This document shows positions 38,101-50,700 of a stretch of DNA of 64,000 nucleotides, piece by piece; within the stretch, counting starts at the first letter, position 1, and the number at the start of each line of letters is the position of its first letter. The notes under the pieces were generated by a model. The model was not told the DNA's origin. It worked only from the letters and a program-made list of their open reading frames with translations, and did no database searches. The DNA comes from Nemertoderma westbladi (taxonomy: Eukaryota; Animalia; Xenacoelomorpha), in the NCBI GenBank assembly GCA_032718475.1, contig JAUCBJ010000069.1, positions 92,332-156,331 on the forward strand, read 5' to 3'. Made by a program: the position numbers and the translations under genes.

Positions 38101-38441
38101 GCCGGTCGATATATAATATATTCAATAGTCATAATGATAAGCTGACTTACTTGTTTGGCCGACTACTCAGTATCCATCTTAGCGGGGAAGATTGTATTGA
38201 ACTATACAAGGTATATATGATGAACTCATGGAAAGTAGGCTTACCTTCATTAATATCATTGGCAACCCACCTATATAAACTAAATCTTTGCATCCGCAAT
38301 TGCAAATTCCCATACCTCCTGAACTCGTTGACTCCAGAGGAACACTTTTGCAGCCTATACTTCCAATCAATATTAAACAATGCCGACGCCCCATACAGTA
38401 CTAAAATGGATCTAATCCGCGAGTTTACACTGACAGTCTAA
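35109..38441 (+). CDS. LINE ORF2: apurinic-like endonuclease plus reverse transcriptase (1110 aa; alternative start ATG 35184)
   Basis: APE motifs TYNCQG, DILVLQEHWL, GGVAL, IYLP, IAGDTN, YTY, SYIDHILI, SDHVPL (~35331-36110). RT motifs QMGYK, LDLSSAFDKV, GVRQGGVLSPLLFNFY, YADD (37563), LKINIKKT, YMGL. No stops or frameshifts and no evident RNase H. Confidence 0.97.
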   Translation: MGLIDKYQETNKNIRIIAIIFKSNTMKILGNGYNDKLSLNTNKPQKEMKVLPVSNIALENMTPHEEIPSAISERLNIMTYNCQGYLRNKLYIDKLLMENNPDILVLQEHWLNPREAEYHFNPGNTFPNYAVVNYSIAHGMLINKPRVRGEGGVALMVKENILQYCSTIHSNSDRIKAIRLQGKYANDIGIACIYLPADCKQDGNREEYIKVLSELALLIEDCEDIALPLIIAGDTNGSIGRHDKYMRGPDKYSEFGMIFEKQIVSSYNLIVTDMTIKGSGNEYTYYFKSKDGTTSRSSYIDHILIPQNIEDNHLESKVFDEDHTNRSDHVPLQAIFTFNQVTSAIPAKHRHKQLKDIFYFNKATPEAINNYKSDIVNKLTTINQDIASSRNPEIMLKKLMDTLMESSKRNIPYIRVHQKKKRHHMDRKNCSISNKFELQKCEKKLKEAKKIYKRHGGISDTESHLHYMQCYLEHRALLKSNQQSMYHSYNSHIKELAESTRNPKHFWKLIKMVKPRKPMSPTAADTLHNELKSHFNSDNPTEAPQPSDHTHTCPSNINPVYNDSKQANKFVTALTIEENIKELNKGKTGDYYNIQSEHLHYGSSHILCKFIADIFNQMNYSGECPKILCTGLMLAVPKPSKNQKLQIAPENNSRMITILATLAKLWEITIKGDMKEILKTNDLQMGYKENLSSESAYLTVNNLIKYFNKKNSPIYMLSLDLSSAFDKVSYHKLFDKLRQTKLNNKLVNAIESYYRNSLAFLNCDGYIHSEGIHLGQGVRQGGVLSPLLFNFYIAEMVNEIVNSGLGIHLGHQSFSIVSYADDIIVLANSIHDIEALTNILTNSLTELNLKINIKKTHFIVSNPDSSMSIGESLKIIGDTLFSEPTCTYMGLPLPGTDKNLKDLFTSKIWMNCSMLSSRGLKPNSVSLNVTATIWRSVCIPSITYGSSSLSTKLIDDVGTTCRKGMRSILHAGNYIKNKVLNVLFGSADLSNTILAHQCRSIYNIFNSHNDKLTYLFGRLLSIHLSGEDCIELYKVYMMNSWKVGLPSLISLATHLYKLNLCIRNCKFPYLLNSLTPEEHFCSLYFQSILNNADAPYSTKMDLIREFTLTV

Positions 38442-38691
38442 ATATGTTCACTGTATTCGAATGAGACCCATATAGATCTTAATTCTAGATATATATCTGT
38501 TCTAGATCTTAGCTTACATATCTGTTCTAGATCTTAGCTTACATTAGCTACGCCGTATTATAATATTATAATTGCATAATTTTAATAATAATGGTATAAT
38601 TGTATGTAACTTTTGTAAATTATTGTCTGTTTATTTTATTTCATATCGTCAGACCATTTTACTAATTATAGCCACCGGGGCGTAATCCGGG
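38442..38691 (+). other. AT-rich 3' UTR of the LINE with a terminal GC stem-loop candidate
   Basis: 250 bp between the ORF2 stop and the tail. CCGGG-GCGTAA-TCCGG at 38675-38690 can form a 5-bp stem (one G-U pair) with a 6-nt loop. Confidence 0.7.
38493..38544 (+). repeat. 25-bp tandem duplication in the 3' UTR
   Basis: ATATCTGTTCTAGATCTTAGCTTAC occurs twice back to back, starting at 38493 and 38518. Confidence 0.9.
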
Positions 38692-38709
38692 AATAATAAT
38701 AATAATAAT
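38692..38709 (+). repeat. (AAT)6 microsatellite 3' tail of the LINE
   Basis: aataataataataataat, running directly into the AAT of the target duplication. Confidence 0.93.
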
Positions 38710-38715
38710 AATGGC
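38710..38715 (+). repeat. Target-site duplication, right copy (AATGGC)
   Basis: Right junction reads ...(aat)6|AATGGCtactctatac. The first three bases are ambiguous between tail and target. Confidence 0.88.
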
Positions 38716-41700
38716 TACTCTATACAACACAAGGTGCTATTTAACCTAAAACCTCACTGCCACACGGCTACTCTATACAACACAAGGTTGCTATTTAACC
38801 TAAAACCTCGCTGCCACACGGCTACTCTATACAACACAAGGTGCTATTTAACCTAAAACCTCGCTGTCACACGGCTACTATACAACACAAGGTGCTATTT
38901 AACCTAAAACCTCGCTCCACAATGGCTACTCTATACAACACAAGGTTGCTATTTAACCTAAAACCTCGCTCCACAATGGCTACTCTACACAACACAAGGT
39001 GCTATTTAACCTAAAACCTCGCTCCACAATGGCTACTCTATACAACACAAGGTTGCTATTTAACCTAAAACCTCGCTCCACAATGGCTACTCTACACAAC
39101 ACAAGGTGCTATTTAACCTAAAACCTCGCTCCACAATGGCTACTCTATACAACACAAGGTGCTATTTAACCTAAAACCTCGCTGTCACACGGCTACTCTA
39201 TACAACACAAGGTTGCTATTTAACCTAAAACCTCGCTCCACAATGGCTACTCTACAACACAAGGTGCTATTTAACCTAAAACCTCACTGCCACACGGCTA
39301 CTCTATACAACACAAGGTGCTATTTAACCTAAAACCTCGCTCCACAATGGCTACTCTATACAACACAAGGTTGCTATTTAACCTAAAACCTCGCTCCACA
39401 ATGGCTACTCTATACAACACAAGGTTGCTATTTAACCTAAAACCTCGCTCCACAATGGCTACTCTATACAACACAAGGTTGCTATTTAACCTAAAACCTC
39501 GCTCCACAATGGCTACTCTACACAACACAAGGTGCTATTTAACCTAAAACCTCGCTCCACAATGGCTACTCTATACAACACAAGGTTGCTATTTAACCTA
39601 AAACCTCGCTGTCACACGGCTACTATACAACACAAGGTGCTATTTAACCTAAAACCTCGCTCCACAATGGCTACTCTATACAACACAAGGTTGCTATTTA
39701 ACCTAAAACCTCGCTCCACAATGGCTACTCTACACAACACAAGGTGCTATTTAACCTAAAACCTCGCTGTCACACGGCTACTCTACACAACACAAGGTGC
39801 TATTTAACCTAAAACCTCGCTCTCACACGGCTACTCTATACAACACAAGGTGCTATTTAACCTAAAACCTCGCTGTCACACGGCTACTATACAACACAAG
39901 GTGCTATTTAACCTAAAACCTCGCTCCACAATGGCTACTCTATACAACACAAGGTTGCTATTTAACCTAAAACCTCGCTCCACAATGGCTACTCTACACA
40001 ACACAAGGTGCTATTTAACCTAAAACCTCGCTGTCACACGGCTACTCTACACAACACAAGGTGCTATTTAACCTAAAACCTCGCTCTCACACGGCTACTC
40101 TATACAACACAAGGTGCTATTTAACCTAAAACCTCGCTGTCACACGGCTACTCTACACAACACAAGGTGCTATTTAACCTAAAACCTCGCTCTCACACGG
40201 CTACTCTATACAACACAAGGTGCTATTTAACCTAAAACCTCGCTGTCACACGGCTACTATACAACACAAGGTGCTATTTAACCTAAAACCTCGCTCCACA
40301 ATGGCTACTCTATACAACACAAGGTTGCTATTTAACCTAAAACCTCGCTCCACAATGGCTACTCTACACAACACAAGGTGCTATTTAACCTAAAACCTCG
40401 CTCCACAATGGCTACTCTATACAACACAAGGTTGCTATTTAACCTAAAACCTCGCTGCCACACGGCTACTCTATACAACACAAGGTTGCTATTTAACCTA
40501 AAACCTCGCTCCACAATGGCTACTCTACACAACACAAGGTGCTATTTAACCTAAAACCTCACTGTCACACGGCTACTCTATACAACACAAGGTTGCTATT
40601 TAACCTAAAACCTCGCTCCACAATGGCTACTCTATACAACACAAGGTGCTATTTAACCTAAAACCTCACTGCCACACGGCTACTCTATACAACACAAGGT
40701 TGCTATTTAACCTAAAACCTCGCTCCACAATGGCTACTCTATACAACACAAGGTTGCTATTTAACCTAAAACCTCACTGCCACACGGCTACTCTATACAA
40801 CACAAGGTTGCTATTTAACCTAAAACCACGCTCCACAATGGCTACTCTACAACACAAGGTGCTATTTAACCTAAAACCTCGCTGCCACACGGCTACTCTA
40901 TACAACACAAGGTGCTATTTAACCTAAAACCTCGCTCCACAATGGCTACTCTATACAACACAAGGTTGCTATTTAACCTAAAACCTCACTGCCACACGGC
41001 TACTCTACACAACACAAGGTGCTATTTAACCTAAAACCTCGCTCTCACACGGCTACTCTATACAACACAAGGTGCTATTTAACCTAAAACCCCGCTCCAC
41101 AATGGCTACTCTACAACACAAGGTTGCTATTTAACCTAAAACCTCGCTGTCACACGGCTACTCTATACAACACAAGGTGCTATTTAACCTAAAACCTCAC
41201 TGTCACACGGCTACTCTATACAACACAAGGTGCTATTTAACCTAAAACCTCGCTGTCACACGGCTACTCTATACAACACAAGGTTGCTATTTAACCTAAA
41301 ACCTCGCTCCACAATGGCTACTCTATACAACACAAGGTTGCTATTTAACCTAAAACCTCGCTGCCACACGGCTACTCTATACAACACAAGGTTGCTATTT
41401 AACCTAAAACCCCGCTGCCACACGGCTACTCTACAACACAAGGTTGCTATTTAACCTAAAACCTCGCTCCACAATGGCTACTCTATACAACACAAGGTTG
41501 CTATTTAACCTAAAACCTCACTGTCACACGGCTACTCTACAACACAAGGTTGCTATTTAACCTAAAACCTCACTGTCACACGGCTACTCTATACAACACA
41601 AGGTTGCTATTTAACCTAAAACCTCACTGTCACACGGCTACTCTATACAACACAAGGTTGCTATTTAACCTAAAACCTCACTGTCACACGGCTACTCTAT

Positions 41701-44700
41701 ACAACACAAGGTGCTATTTAACCTAAAACCTCGCTGTCACACGGCTACTCTATACAACACAAGGTTGCTATTTAACCTAAAACCTCACTGTCACACGGCT
41801 ACTCTACAACACAAGGTTGCTATTTAACCTAAAACCTCACTGTCACACGGCTACTCTATACAACACAAGGTTGCTATTTAACCTAAAACCTCGCTCCACA
41901 ATGGCTACTCTACAACACAAGGTTGCTATTTAACCTAAAACCTCACTGTCACACGGCTACTCTACAACACAAGGTGCTATTTAACCTAAAACCTCGCTGT
42001 CACACGGCTACTCTACAACACAAGGTTGCTATTTAACCTAAAACCTCGCTCCACAATGGCTACTCTATACAACACAAGGTTGCTATTTAACCTAAAACCT
42101 CGCTGCCACACGGCTACTCTATACAACACAAGGTGCTATTTAACCTAAAACCTCGCTCTCACACGGCTACTCTACAACACAAGGTTGCTATTTAACCTAA
42201 AACCTCACTGTCACACGGCTACTCTATACAACACAAGGTGCTATTTAACCTAAAACCTCACTGTCACACGGCTACTCTCTACAACACAAGGTTGCTATTT
42301 AACCTAAAACCTCGCTCTCACACGGCTACTCTACAACACAAGGTTGCTATTTAACCTAAAACCTCGCTCTCACACGGCTACTCTACAACACAAGGTTGCT
42401 ATTTAACCTAAAACCTCGCTCCACAATGGCTACTCTATACAACACAAGGTTGCTATTTAACCTAAAACCTCACTGTCACACGGCTACTCTCTACAACACA
42501 AGGTTGCTATTTAACCTAAAACCTCGCTCTCACACGGCTACTCTATACAACACAAGGTTGCTATTTAACCTAAAACCTCACTGTCACACGGCTACTCTAT
42601 ACAACACAAGGTTGCTATTTAACCTAAAACCTCGCTGCCACACGGCTACTCTATACAACACAAGGTGCTATTTAACCTAAAACCTCGCTCTCACACGGCT
42701 ACTCTACAACACAAGGTTGCTATTTAACCTAAAACCTCGCTCCACAATGGCTATTCTATACAACACAAGGTTGCTATTTAACCTAAAACCTCGCTGCCAC
42801 ACGGCTACTCTATACAACACAAGGTTGCTATTTAACCTAAAACCTCGCTGCCACACGGCTACTCTATACAACACAAGGTGCTATTTAACCTAAAACCTCA
42901 CTGCCACACGGCTACTCTACAACACAAGGTGCTATTTAACCTAAAACCTCGCTCCACAATGGCTACTCTATACAACACAAGGTTGCTATTTAACCTAAAA
43001 CCTCACTGTCACACGGCTACTCTATACAACACAAGGTTGCTATTTAACCTAAAACCTCGCTCTCACACGGCTACTCTCTACAACACAAGGTTCTATTTAA
43101 CCTAAAACCTCGCTGCCACACGGCTACTCTCTACAACACAAGGTGCTATTTAACCTAAAACCTCGCTGTCACACGGCTACTCTACACAACACAAGGTTGC
43201 TATTTAACCTAAAACCTCGCTCCACAATGGCTACTCTACAACACAAGGTGCTATTTAACCTAAAACCTCGCTGTCACACGGCTACTCTACACAACACAAG
43301 GTTGCTATTTAACCTAAAACCTCGCTCCACAATGGCTACTCTACAACACAAGGTGCTATTTAACCTAAAACCTCACTGTCACACGGCTACTATACAACAC
43401 AAGGTGCTATTTAACCTAAAACCTCGCTGTCACACGGCTACTCTATACAACACAAGGTTGCTATTTAACCTAAAACCTCGCTGTCACACGGCTACTCTAT
43501 ACAACACAAGGTGCTATTTAACCTAAAACCTCGCTCCACAATGGCTACTCTATACAACACAAGGTTGCTATTTAACCTAAAACCTCGCTCCCACACGGCT
43601 ACTCTATACAACACAAGGTGCTATTTAACCTAAAACCTCGCTGCCACACGGCTACTCTACAACACAAGATGCTATTTAACCTAAAACCTCGCTCCACAAT
43701 GGCTACTCTATACAACACAAGGTTGCTATTTAACCTAAAACCTCGCTCCACAATGGCTACTCTACAACACAAGGTGCTATTTAACCTAAAACCTCGCTGT
43801 CACACGGCTACTCTACACAACACAAGGTGCTATTTAACCTAAAACCTCGCTGTCACACGGCTACTCTACACAACACAAGGTTGCTATTTAACCTAAAACC
43901 TCGCTCCACAATGGCTACTCTACAACACAAGGTGCTATTTAACCTAAAACCTCACTGTCACACGGCTACTATACAACACAAGGTGCTATTTAACCTAAAA
44001 CCTCGCTGTCACACGGCTACTCTATACAACACAAGGTTGCTATTTAACCTAAAACCTCGCTGTCACACGGCTACTCTATACAACACAAGGTGCTATTTAA
44101 CCTAAAACCTCGCTCCACAATGGCTACTCTATACAACACAAGATGCTATTTAACCTAAAACCTCGCTCCACAATGGCTACTCTATACAACACAAGGTGCT
44201 ATTTAACCTAAAACCTCGCTCCACAATGGCTACTCTATACAACACAAGATGCTATTTAACCTAAAACCTCGCTCCACAATGGCTACTCTATACAACACAA
44301 GGTGCTATTTAACCTAAAACCTCACTGTCACACGGCTACTATACAACACAAGGTGCTATTTAACCTAAAACCTCGCTCCACAATGGCTACTCTATACAAC
44401 ACAAGGTGCTATTTAACCTAAAACCTCACTGTCACACGGCTACTATACAACACAAGGTGCTATTTAACCTAAAACCTCGCTCCACAATGGCTACTCTATA
44501 CAACACAAGATGCTATTTAACCTAAAACCTCGCTCCACAATGGCTACTCTATACAACACAAGGTGCTATTTAACCTAAAACCTCGCTCCACAATGGCTAC
44601 TCTATACAACACAAGGTTCTATTTAACCTAAAACCTCGCTCCACAATGGCTACTCTATACAACACAAGGTGCTATTTAACCTAAAACCTCGCTGTCACAC

Positions 44701-47700
44701 GGCTACTCTATACAACACAAGGTTGCTATTTAACCTAAAACCTCGCTCCACAATGGCTACTCTACAACACAAGGTGCTATTTAACCTAAAACCTCACTGT
44801 CACACGGCTACTATACAACACAAGGTGCTATTTAACCTAAAACCTCGCTGTCACACGGCTACTCTATACAACACAAGGTTCTATTTAACCTAAAACCTCG
44901 CTGCCACACGGCTACTCTATACAACACAAGGTGCTATTTAACCTAAAACCTCACTGCCACACGGCTACTCTATACAACACAAGGTTGCTATTTAACCTAA
45001 AACCTCGCTCCACAATGGCTACTCTATACAACACAAGGTGCTATTTAACCTAAAACCTCGCTCCACAATGGCTACTCTATACAACACAAGGTGCTATTTA
45101 ACCTAAAACCTCACTGCCACACGGCTACTCTATACAACACAAGGTGCTATTTAACCTAAAACCTCGCTCCACAATGGCTACTCTATACAACACAAGGTGC
45201 TATTTAACCTAAAACCTCGCTCCACAATGGCTACTCTATACAACACAAGGTTGCTATTTAACCTAAAACCTCGCTCCACAATGGCTACTCTATACAACAC
45301 AAGGTGCTATTTAACCTAAAACCTCGCTCCACAATGGCTACTCTATACAACACAAGGTGCTATTTAACCTAAAACCTCACTGCCACACGGCTACTCTATA
45401 ACACAAGGTGCTATTTAACCTAAAACCTCGCTGCCACACGGCTACTCTATACAACACAAGGTGCTATTTAACCTAAAACCTCGCTCCACAATGGCTACTC
45501 TATACAACACAAGGTTGCTATTTAACCTAAAACCTCGCTCCACAATGGCTACTCTATGCAACACAAGGTGCTATTTAACCTAAAACCTCGCTCCACAATG
45601 GCTACTCTATACAACACAAGGTGCTATTTAACCTAAAACCTCACTGCCACACGGCTACTCTATACAACACAAGGTGCTATTTAACCTAAAACCTCGCTCC
45701 ACAATGGCTACTCTATACAACACAAGGTTGCTATTTAACCTAAAACCCCGCTCTCACACGGCTACTCTATACAACACAAGGTTGCTATTTAACCTAAAAC
45801 CCCGCTCTCACACGGCTACTCTATATAACACAAGGTTGCTATTTAACCTAAAACCTCGCTGTCACACGGCTACTCTACACAACACAAGGTGCTATTTAAC
45901 CTAAAACCTCGCTGCCACACGGCTACTCTATACAACACAAGGTGCTATTTAACCTAAAACCTCACTGTCACACGGCTACTCTATACAACACAAGGTGCTA
46001 TTTAACCTAAAACCTCGCTGCCACACGGCTACTCTATACAACACAAGGTGCTATTTAACCTAAAACCTCGCTGCCATACGGCTACTCTACAACACAAGGT
46101 TGCTATTTAACCTAAAACCTCGCTCTCACACGGCTACTCTATACAACACAAGGTGCTATTTAACCTAAAACCTCGCTCCACAATGGCTACTCTCTACAAC
46201 ACAAGGTTGCTATTTAACCTAAAACCTCGCTCCACAATGGCTACTCTACAACACAAGGTGCTATTTAACCTAAAACCTCGCTCCACAATGGCTACTCTAT
46301 ACAACACAAGGTTGCTATTTAACCTAAAACCTCGCTGCCATACGGCTACTCTATACAACACAAGGTTGCTATTTAACCTAAAACCTCACTGCCACACGGC
46401 TACTCTACACAACACAAGGTTGCTATTTAACCTAAAACCTCGCTCCACAATGGCTACTCTATACAACACAAGGTTGCTATTTAACCTAAAACCTCGCTCC
46501 ACAATGGCTACTCTACAACACAAGGTTGCTATTTAACCTAAAACCTCGCTGCCATACGGCTACTCTACACAACACAAGGTTGCTATTTAACCTAAAACCT
46601 CGCTCCACAATGGCTACTCTATACAACACAAGGTTGCTATTTAACCTAAAACCTCGCTCCACAATGGCTACTCTACAACACAAGGTTGCTATTTAACCTA
46701 AAACCTCGCTGCCATACGGCTACTCTACAACACAAGGTTGCTATTTAACCTAAAACCTCGCTCCACAATGGCTACTCTATACAACACAAGGTGCTATTTA
46801 ACCTAAAACCTCACTGTCACACGGCTACTCTATACAACACAAGGTTGCTATTTAACCTAAAACCTCGCTGTCACACGGCTACTCTATACAACACAAGGTG
46901 CTATTTAACCTAAAACCTCACTGTCACACGGCTACTCTATACAACACAAGGTTCTATTTAACCTAAAACCTCACTGTCACACGGCTACTCTATACAACAC
47001 AAGGTGCTATTTAACCTAAAACCTCGCTGCCACACGGCTACTCTATACAACACAAGGTTGCTATTTAACCTAAAACCTCGCTCCACAATGGCTACTCTAT
47101 ACAACACAAGGTTCTATTTAACCTAAAACCTCACTGTCACACGGCTACTCTATACAACACAAGGTTGCTATTTAACCTAAAACCTCGCTCCACAATGGCT
47201 ACTCTATACAACACAAGGTTCTATTTAACCTAAAACCTCACTGTCACACGGCTACTCTATACAACACAAGGTTCTATTTAACCTAAAAACTCCGCTGCCA
47301 CACGGCTACTCTATACAACACAAGGTGCTATTTAACCTAAAACCTCGCTCCACAATGGCTACTCTATACAACACAAGGTTCTATTTAACCTAAAACCTCA
47401 CTGTCACACGGCTACTCTATACAACACAAGGTGCTATTTAACCTAAAACCCCGCTGCCACACGGCTACTCTATACAACACAAGGTTGCTATTTAACCTAA
47501 AACCTCGCTGCCACACGGCTACTCTATACAACACAAGGTGCTATTTAACCTAAAACCTCACTGTCACACGGCTACTCTATACAACACAAGGTGCTATTTA
47601 ACCTAAAACCTCGCTGCCACACGGCTACTCTATACAACACAAGGTTCTATTTAACCTAAAACCTCACTGTCACACGGCTACTCTATACAACACAAGGTTC

Positions 47701-50700
47701 TATTTAACCTAAAACCCCGCTGCCACACGGCTACTCTATACAACACAAGGTGCTATTTAACCTAAAACCTCGCTGCCACACGGCTACTCTATACAACACA
47801 AGGTGCTATTTAACCTAAAACCTCGCTGTCACACGGCTACTCTATACAACACAAGGTGCTATTTAACCTAAAACCTCGCTCCACAATGGCTACTCTATAC
47901 AACACAAGGTGCTATTTAACCTAAAACCTCGCTGCCACACGGCTACTCTATACAACACAAGGTGCTATTTAACCTAAAACCTCGCTGTCACACGGCTACT
48001 CTATACAACACAAGGTGCTATTTAACCTAAAACCTCGCTCCACAATGGCTACTCTATACAACACAAGGTGCTATTTAACCTAAAACCTCGCTCCACAATG
48101 GCTACTCTATACAACACAAGGTGCTATTTAACCTAAAACCTCGCTCCACAATGGCTACTCTATACAACACAAGGTTGCTATTTAACCTAAAACCTCGCTG
48201 CCACACGGCTACTCTATACAACACAAGGTGCTATTTAACCTAAAACCTCGCTGTCACACGGCTACTCTATACAACACAAGGTGCTATTTAACCTAAAACC
48301 TCGCTGCCACACGGCTACTCTATACAACACAAGGTGCTATTTAACCTAAAACCTCGCTCCACAATGGCTACTCTATACAACACAAGGTTGCTATTTAACC
48401 TAAAACCTCGCTGCCACACGGCTACTCTATACAACACAAGGTGCTATTTAACCTAAAACCTCACTGTCACATGGCTACTCTATACAACACAAGGTGCTAT
48501 TTAACCTAAAACCTCGCTGTCACACGGCTACTCTATACAACACAAGGTGCTATTTAACCTAAAACCTCGCTCCACAATGGCTACTCTATACAACACAAGG
48601 TTGCTATTTAACCTAAAACCTCGCTGCCATACGGCTACTCTACAACACAAGGTTGCTATTTAACCTAAAACCTCGCTCTCACACGGCTACTCTATACAAC
48701 ACAAGGTGCTATTTAACCTAAAACCCCGCTCCACAATGGCTACTCTATACAACACAAGGTGCTATTTAACCTAAAACCTCACTGTCACACGGCTACTCTA
48801 TACAACACAAGGTGCTATTTAACCTAAAACCTCACTGTCACACGGCTACTCTATACAACACAAGGTGCTATTTAACCTAAAACCCCGCTGCCACACGGCT
48901 ACTCTATACAACACAAGGTGCTATTTAACCTAAAACCTCGCTCCACAATGGCTACTCTATACAACACAAGGTTGCTATTTAACCTAAAACCTCGCTGTCA
49001 CACGGCTACTCTATACAACACAAGGTGCTATTTAACCTAAAACCTCGCTGCCACACGGCTACTCTATACAACACAAGGTGCTATTTAACCTAAAACCTCG
49101 CTGCCATACGGCTACTCTACAACACAAGGTTGCTATTTAACCTAAAACCTCACTGTCACACGGCTACTCTATACAACACAAGGTGCTATTTAACCTAAAA
49201 CCTCGCTGTCACACGGCTACTCTATACAACACAAGGTGCTATTTAACCTAAAACCCCGCTCCACAATGGCTACTCTATACAACACAAGGTGCTATTTAAC
49301 CTAAAACCTCGCTCCACAATGGCTACTCTATACAACACAAGGTTGCTATTTAACCTAAAACCTCGCTGTCACACGGCTACTCTATACAACACAAGGTGCT
49401 ATTTAACCTAAAACCTCGCTGCCACACGGCTACTCTATACAACACAAGGTGCTATTTAACCTAAAACCCCGCTCCACAATGGCTACTCTATACAACACAA
49501 GGTGCTATTTAACCTAAAACCTCGCTCCACAATGGCTACTCTATACAACACAAGGTTGCTATTTAACCTAAAACCTCGCTGCCACACGGCTACTCTACAA
49601 CACAAGGTGCTATTTAACCTAAAACCTCGCTGCCATACGGCTACTCTACAACACAAGGTTGCTATTTAACCTAAAACCTCGCTCTCACACGGCTACTCTA
49701 TACAACACAAGGTGCTATTTAACCTAAAACCTCGCTCCACAATGGCTTCTCTATACAACACAAGGTGCTATTTAACCTAAAACCTCGCTCCACAATGGCT
49801 ACTCTACAACACAAGGTGCTATTTAACCTAAAACCTCGCTCCACAATGGCTACTCTATACAACACAAGGTTGCTATTTAACCTAAAACCTCGCTGTCACA
49901 CGGCTACTCTACACAACACAAGGTGCTATTTAACCTAAAACCTCGCTGCCACACGGCTACTCTATACAACACAAGGTGCTATTTAACCTAAAACCTCACT
50001 GTCACACGGCTACTCTATACAACACAAGGTGCTATTTAACCTAAAACCTCGCTGCCACACGGCTACTCTATACAACACAAGGTGCTATTTAACCTAAAAC
50101 CTCGCTGCCATACGGCTACTCTACAACACAAGGTTGCTATTTAACCTAAAACCTCGCTCTCACACGGCTACTCTATACAACACAAGGTGCTATTTAACCT
50201 AAAACCTCGCTCCACAATGGCTACTATATACAACACAAGGTGCTATTTAACCTAAAACCTCGCTCCACAATGGCTACTCTCTACAACACAAGGTTGCTAT
50301 TTAACCTAAAACCTCGCTGCCATACGGCTACTCTATACAACACAAGGTTGCTATTTAACCTAAAACAGCACTGTCACACGGCTACTCTATACAACACAAG
50401 GTGCTATTTAACCTAAAACCTCGCTCCACAATGGCTACTCTCTACAACACAAGGTTGCTATTTAACCTAAAACAGCACTGTCACACGGCTACTCTATACA
50501 ACACAAGGTGCTATTTAACCTAAAACCTCGCTCCACAATGGCTACTCTACAACACAAGGTGCTATTTAACCTAAAACCTCACTGTCACACGGCTACTCTA
50601 TACAACACAAGGTGCTATTTAACCTAAAACCTCGCTGCCACACGGCTACTCTATACAACACAAGGTGCTATTTAACCTAAAACCTCGCTGCCATACGGCT

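Larger units (their letters stand above)
27964..38709 (+). mobile_element. Apparently full-length non-LTR retrotransposon (LINE, APE-RT type, possibly RTEX-like), 10,746 bp, inserted in the satellite
   Basis: Two uninterrupted + strand ORFs (ORF1 and APE-RT ORF2), short 5' UTR, AT-rich 3' UTR, (AAT)n tail and a flanking AATGGC duplication. No LTRs or integrase. The clade guess rests on LQEHWL, GVRQGGVLSPLLFN and the trinucleotide tail, and needs an RT phylogeny. Confidence 0.95.

Noticed and set aside
38285-38355. Possible C-terminal CCHC zinc knuckle in ORF2 (CIRNC...EEHFC)
   Set aside because: The spacing does not fit the canonical LINE motif. It may be a degenerate remnant but cannot be supported by eye.
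31598-38394. Short alternative-frame and antisense ORFs within ORF1 and ORF2
   Set aside because: All are under 130 aa, have no recognisable motifs and are expected shadows of long coding regions.
27964-38709. LTR retrotransposon, Penelope-like element or prokaryotic RT system (retron, group II intron, DGR)
   Set aside because: An N-terminal APE domain, a microsatellite tail, a short TSD and the absence of LTRs, integrase or GIY-YIG identify a LINE.
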